Shown here piece by piece: positions 47,986 through 50,901 of a stretch of 50,901 nt of DNA. Within the stretch, counting starts at the first letter, position 1, and every line of letters starts with the position of its first letter. The stretch comes from Candidatus Babelota bacterium (GTDB lineage Bacteria; Babelota; Babeliae; Babelales; CAIQNR01), in assembly GCA_965658655.1 (NCBI GenBank), contig CBFHTA010000004.1:1-50901 (forward strand), read 5' to 3'. Made by a program: the position numbers and the translations under genes. A model generated the notes under the pieces. That model searched no databases. It saw nothing but the letters and a program-made list of their open reading frames with translations, and was not told the origin of the DNA.

Positions 47986-48963
47986 ATGAAAAAATCTCTT
48001 CTTCTCACGCTGCTCTCAATTTTTGTTAACGTCAAACCTGTAGAGCAGGATAGAACACTTATGGGACTTGTCGCTGCAAGTTCACAGAAACGAAAAGCTG
48101 ATGATGAACCATTAGAGAAACCAGAAAACCCTAAGGCCCGCAAAACAGATGGTCAGGCAGCCAGCAGCACAGATCACCAAGAGATAGCACAGTGCACTAT
48201 TTGCTATGAAAACCTTGAAGATGGAATTGTTACACTTCCTTTTACGGGAGAAAAAAAGAAAGATTGCGGACACAAGTATCATAAATTTTGCTTGCGAACG
48301 TGGCTACAAAACAACAAAAACTGCCCTGCGTGTAGAGCGAATGTAACACTAAAAATTCCTTATTCACTTCTAGAATTAATGGATGAGCAGTATGCGCCAC
48401 CCATAACTTCCCCTTTTGCAACTTATTCCGTACGTCTTACCCGTAAAAGCATTGATTCTCTTGAAGGATTCGAAAAACAGCCTAAGGATAAAGCCACAAC
48501 ATTAACTCTAGCAAACAACCTTATTCCAAATATTCCAGTCGGTTTTTTAGCTCATTTTTCTGGACTTACTTATCTTTCTTTTTATAACAATAAAATCAGA
48601 AAACTTGTACCTGGGATGTTTAAAGACGCCTCTTCTTTGCAAACATTAATTCTTTCTTTCAACGGCATCAAAGCATTACCTGCTGGAGCTTTTAAAGGTA
48701 CTAAAATTTCTAAACTTTCTTTCTATGGTAATTGTATAAAACATATAGACAACGATGCTTTCTCAAAAGATGACACAGAAGATCGATTGCCTCTTAAGTG
48801 TCTCAACTTTTCAGATAATAATATGCATAGTTTTAACGCTACTGCCCTTAAGGGAGTACAGTTAAAAGATCTTCAACTCTTGAGAAATCACTTACCTCCT
48901 CAGGAACGTCTAACAATTGGAGAGAATCTTCCTCAAGATTGTAGAATAGCATATGAAAACTAA
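47986..48963 (+). CDS. Exported RING-H2 finger plus leucine-rich repeat protein (candidate E3 ligase effector)
   Basis: CTIC...CGHKYHKFC...W...CPACR, then LRRs (LTLANNLI, LSFYNNKI, LILSFNGI, LSFYGNCI, LNFSDNNM, LQLLRNHL), with a signal-like N-terminus. Confidence 0.9.
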   Translation: MKKSLLLTLLSIFVNVKPVEQDRTLMGLVAASSQKRKADDEPLEKPENPKARKTDGQAASSTDHQEIAQCTICYENLEDGIVTLPFTGEKKKDCGHKYHKFCLRTWLQNNKNCPACRANVTLKIPYSLLELMDEQYAPPITSPFATYSVRLTRKSIDSLEGFEKQPKDKATTLTLANNLIPNIPVGFLAHFSGLTYLSFYNNKIRKLVPGMFKDASSLQTLILSFNGIKALPAGAFKGTKISKLSFYGNCIKHIDNDAFSKDDTEDRLPLKCLNFSDNNMHSFNATALKGVQLKDLQLLRNHLPPQERLTIGENLPQDCRIAYEN

Positions 48964-49051
48964 TATTTATTACCATTTTTCAACCAAGAGAAAATTTTGG
49001 TATGCTAGACACTGCGTTCTTTAATTTTGTGTAGAAAAATGAGGATCTAGT

Positions 49052-49675
49052 ATGAAGTTTCAAATATCTTTTGATGATTTATCACTGGAAAAAAATTTAG
49101 CAACAGCCAGGCAGGTTGCACAATACAGTGATATGATTGAAATTGGCACCTTACCAATTCTTCACCACGGAACGGCTGCTATTGAAGCATTTAGAAAAGA
49201 GTTTCCTGATCACACTCTATTTGCAGATACTAAAATTGTAGACCGCGGTCGCGATGTAGCAAGTCTCTTTTCTAAAGCTGGTGCTAATTGGATCTCTGTA
49301 ATGGGAGGAACAAGTAACGAAGTTATTCATGGAGCATGCACCAAAGCGCATGACTTAGGCAAAAAAGTGATGCTCGACATTCTTGATGTAAATTCTGCCG
49401 CTCAAGCAGCATTGGATTCAAAAACACTCGGTGTTGATGCTATTATTTTTCATCAACCATTCGATAAAGGTGAATCGCTCGTCTTCTTAGAAGAGTGGAA
49501 CATGGTGCGTGGCAATACCACTCTTCCTATATTTGTTTCTGCAAAAATCGGCAGACAAAATATCGATCAAATTCTTGCGCTAAAGCCAGATGGTGTTGTC
49601 ATTGGCCGAGCTGTTACAGAAAGTGACGATCCAACAGCTGAAGCACAATTCTTTTACGATAAATGTCACCGTTAA
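49052..49675 (+). CDS. 3-hexulose-6-phosphate synthase / KGPDC family (OMP decarboxylase-like barrel)
   Basis: Motifs QISFD, IEIGTLPI, ADTKIVD and VVIGRAVT. Confidence 0.85.
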   Translation: MKFQISFDDLSLEKNLATARQVAQYSDMIEIGTLPILHHGTAAIEAFRKEFPDHTLFADTKIVDRGRDVASLFSKAGANWISVMGGTSNEVIHGACTKAHDLGKKVMLDILDVNSAAQAALDSKTLGVDAIIFHQPFDKGESLVFLEEWNMVRGNTTLPIFVSAKIGRQNIDQILALKPDGVVIGRAVTESDDPTAEAQFFYDKCHR

Positions 49676-50679
49676 AATTCGTAATCATCCCCGCAGTCAG
49701 AACCATCATCTGCGCTATACATATGGGTATAGGTATTTTGACACCCCATAACAAAATAAAGGTTCGTATGCTTATTAACAGTAAACGGTATACCCGGAGT
49801 TACAAGGTTTAGCCGGAAGTATATAGTATAATTTTTATTATTTTTAAAATATGTTGTTGCTTCCAATCCAGAAACGTTACTCAATGGTGGGTTAAAGTTT
49901 CCATTTGATAAGTGTATTTGTTCTTGAAATAAAGACGATTGAAACGATTGGGGTACAATAGTAACAAAATTTTTCATAACATCATAATTACTTAAACTCT
50001 TCCAACCTACACTATAATATTGGTTTATATAATTCTGCGCCGCCCCCCCTCCATTTCCATTTATCCATGCTAAAACGAATCCTGCATTAGCGCTTAAGCT
50101 AAAGTAATATGTGTTAGTATACTCCGTCGCTGACATACCATTAATTTGAACTAAGTTCGGAGGTACATACACAAGAACATTATATGCTAAGTCGTTTAAC
50201 ATTCCATAACTATTGCCGGAATCATCAGGGATTATACCTGCTTTAGCGTCTTTTATACCCAATGCAAAGATACGTAATTGAGCTGCACTTGCCCCATCGT
50301 GAGGTCCTTTGGGTTGAGTGACATATAGACGTGAACCACCCCATGCAGAAAAATAAGGCCCTATCAGCGCTTGATTAAACCACTGACCCCATCCAAAGAG
50401 AGTACCCCTAAACCTTCCTCCACTCGTAATCCCCCCTCCCGTTATATAATCAAGCACGGTATTTGCATCACTCAAACTGCTCCAAGCCTTTTTTACTGTT
50501 GTAGTTAAATCTTTTCCGTAAGTTTTCTCCATGTCATTCGGGCTCTGGTTCCCAAAAAATAGTTGATGTTCCTCATTCAGCGTTGGACAATACCAGAATA
50601 TAGATGAAACAAAATTGTCTGTTTTTGTTTCATATACCATTAACCCCAACACCAGTAGTACAAAAAAAAATCTTTTCAC
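49672..50679 (-). CDS. Exported hypothetical protein
   Basis: GTG start after GAGGG, signal MKRFFFVLLVLGL, Asn/Gly/Tyr-rich. Confidence 0.75.
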   Translation of the reverse strand: MKRFFFVLLVLGLMVYETKTDNFVSSIFWYCPTLNEEHQLFFGNQSPNDMEKTYGKDLTTTVKKAWSSLSDANTVLDYITGGGITSGGRFRGTLFGWGQWFNQALIGPYFSAWGGSRLYVTQPKGPHDGASAAQLRIFALGIKDAKAGIIPDDSGNSYGMLNDLAYNVLVYVPPNLVQINGMSATEYTNTYYFSLSANAGFVLAWINGNGGGAAQNYINQYYSVGWKSLSNYDVMKNFVTIVPQSFQSSLFQEQIHLSNGNFNPPLSNVSGLEATTYFKNNKNYTIYFRLNLVTPGIPFTVNKHTNLYFVMGCQNTYTHMYSADDGSDCGDDYEF

Positions 50680-50698
50680 TTTTTCCCTCTCTTTTTTA

Positions 50699-50899
50699 TT
50701 AACTATTAACTCTAGAAAGCTCTATACCTTTTTCATACCCTTTTTTATAAGCATTTATTGCCGCGCTTGAAGAGCTACTTTCTCCTCTTACCCGTCTTCT
50801 TCTTGTGGTATTGTGAGCACCTGTAGAACCGGTTTGAGTTGATGTACTGTTTACTCCTGATCCAGGTTGAGTCAAGCTAGTTGAACCTTTTGAACTTGA
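50699..50899 (-). CDS. 3' end of a Ser/Thr/Gly-rich protein, truncated by the window edge
   Basis: Open frame SSSKGSTSLTQPGSGVNSTSTQTGSTGAHNTTRRRRVRGESSSSSAAINAYKKGYEKGIELSRVNS*. Confidence 0.65.
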   Translation of the reverse strand, partial: SSSKGSTSLTQPGSGVNSTSTQTGSTGAHNTTRRRRVRGESSSSSAAINAYKKGYEKGIELSRVNS

Positions 50900-50901
50900 T
50901 G

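Overview
AT-rich bacterial chromosomal segment using genetic code 11. Core genes are dnaE, tRNA-Phe/pheS/galU, ppsA, brnQ, ahpC, nupC, rpmE-prfA, FKBP, tRNA-Val/Asn/Asp, sppA, dusB-mreC, MATE-gatC-gatA and an HPS-family gene. They are interleaved with about 20 orphan genes with 'MKK-hydrophobic' export signals, one of them a eukaryotic-like RING-H2/LRR protein. This make-up suggests an intracellular parasite of protists, most resembling Babeliota (TM6/Dependentiae); that assignment is inference only. No integrase, transposase, CRISPR array or rRNA was seen. The most notable signal is a set of secreted cysteine-rich, cyanovirin(CVNH)-like lectin genes that share DNA modules: six mosaic repeats in one gene, a seventh copy 7 kb away, and a divergent gene pair with a 66-bp inverted duplication of the signal-peptide sequence. 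Two further near-perfect 46-50 bp direct duplications sit at gene boundaries and bracket accessory DNA. The window also has four exported M48-type protease paralogs, three small genes missed by the ORF track, and three disrupted genes.
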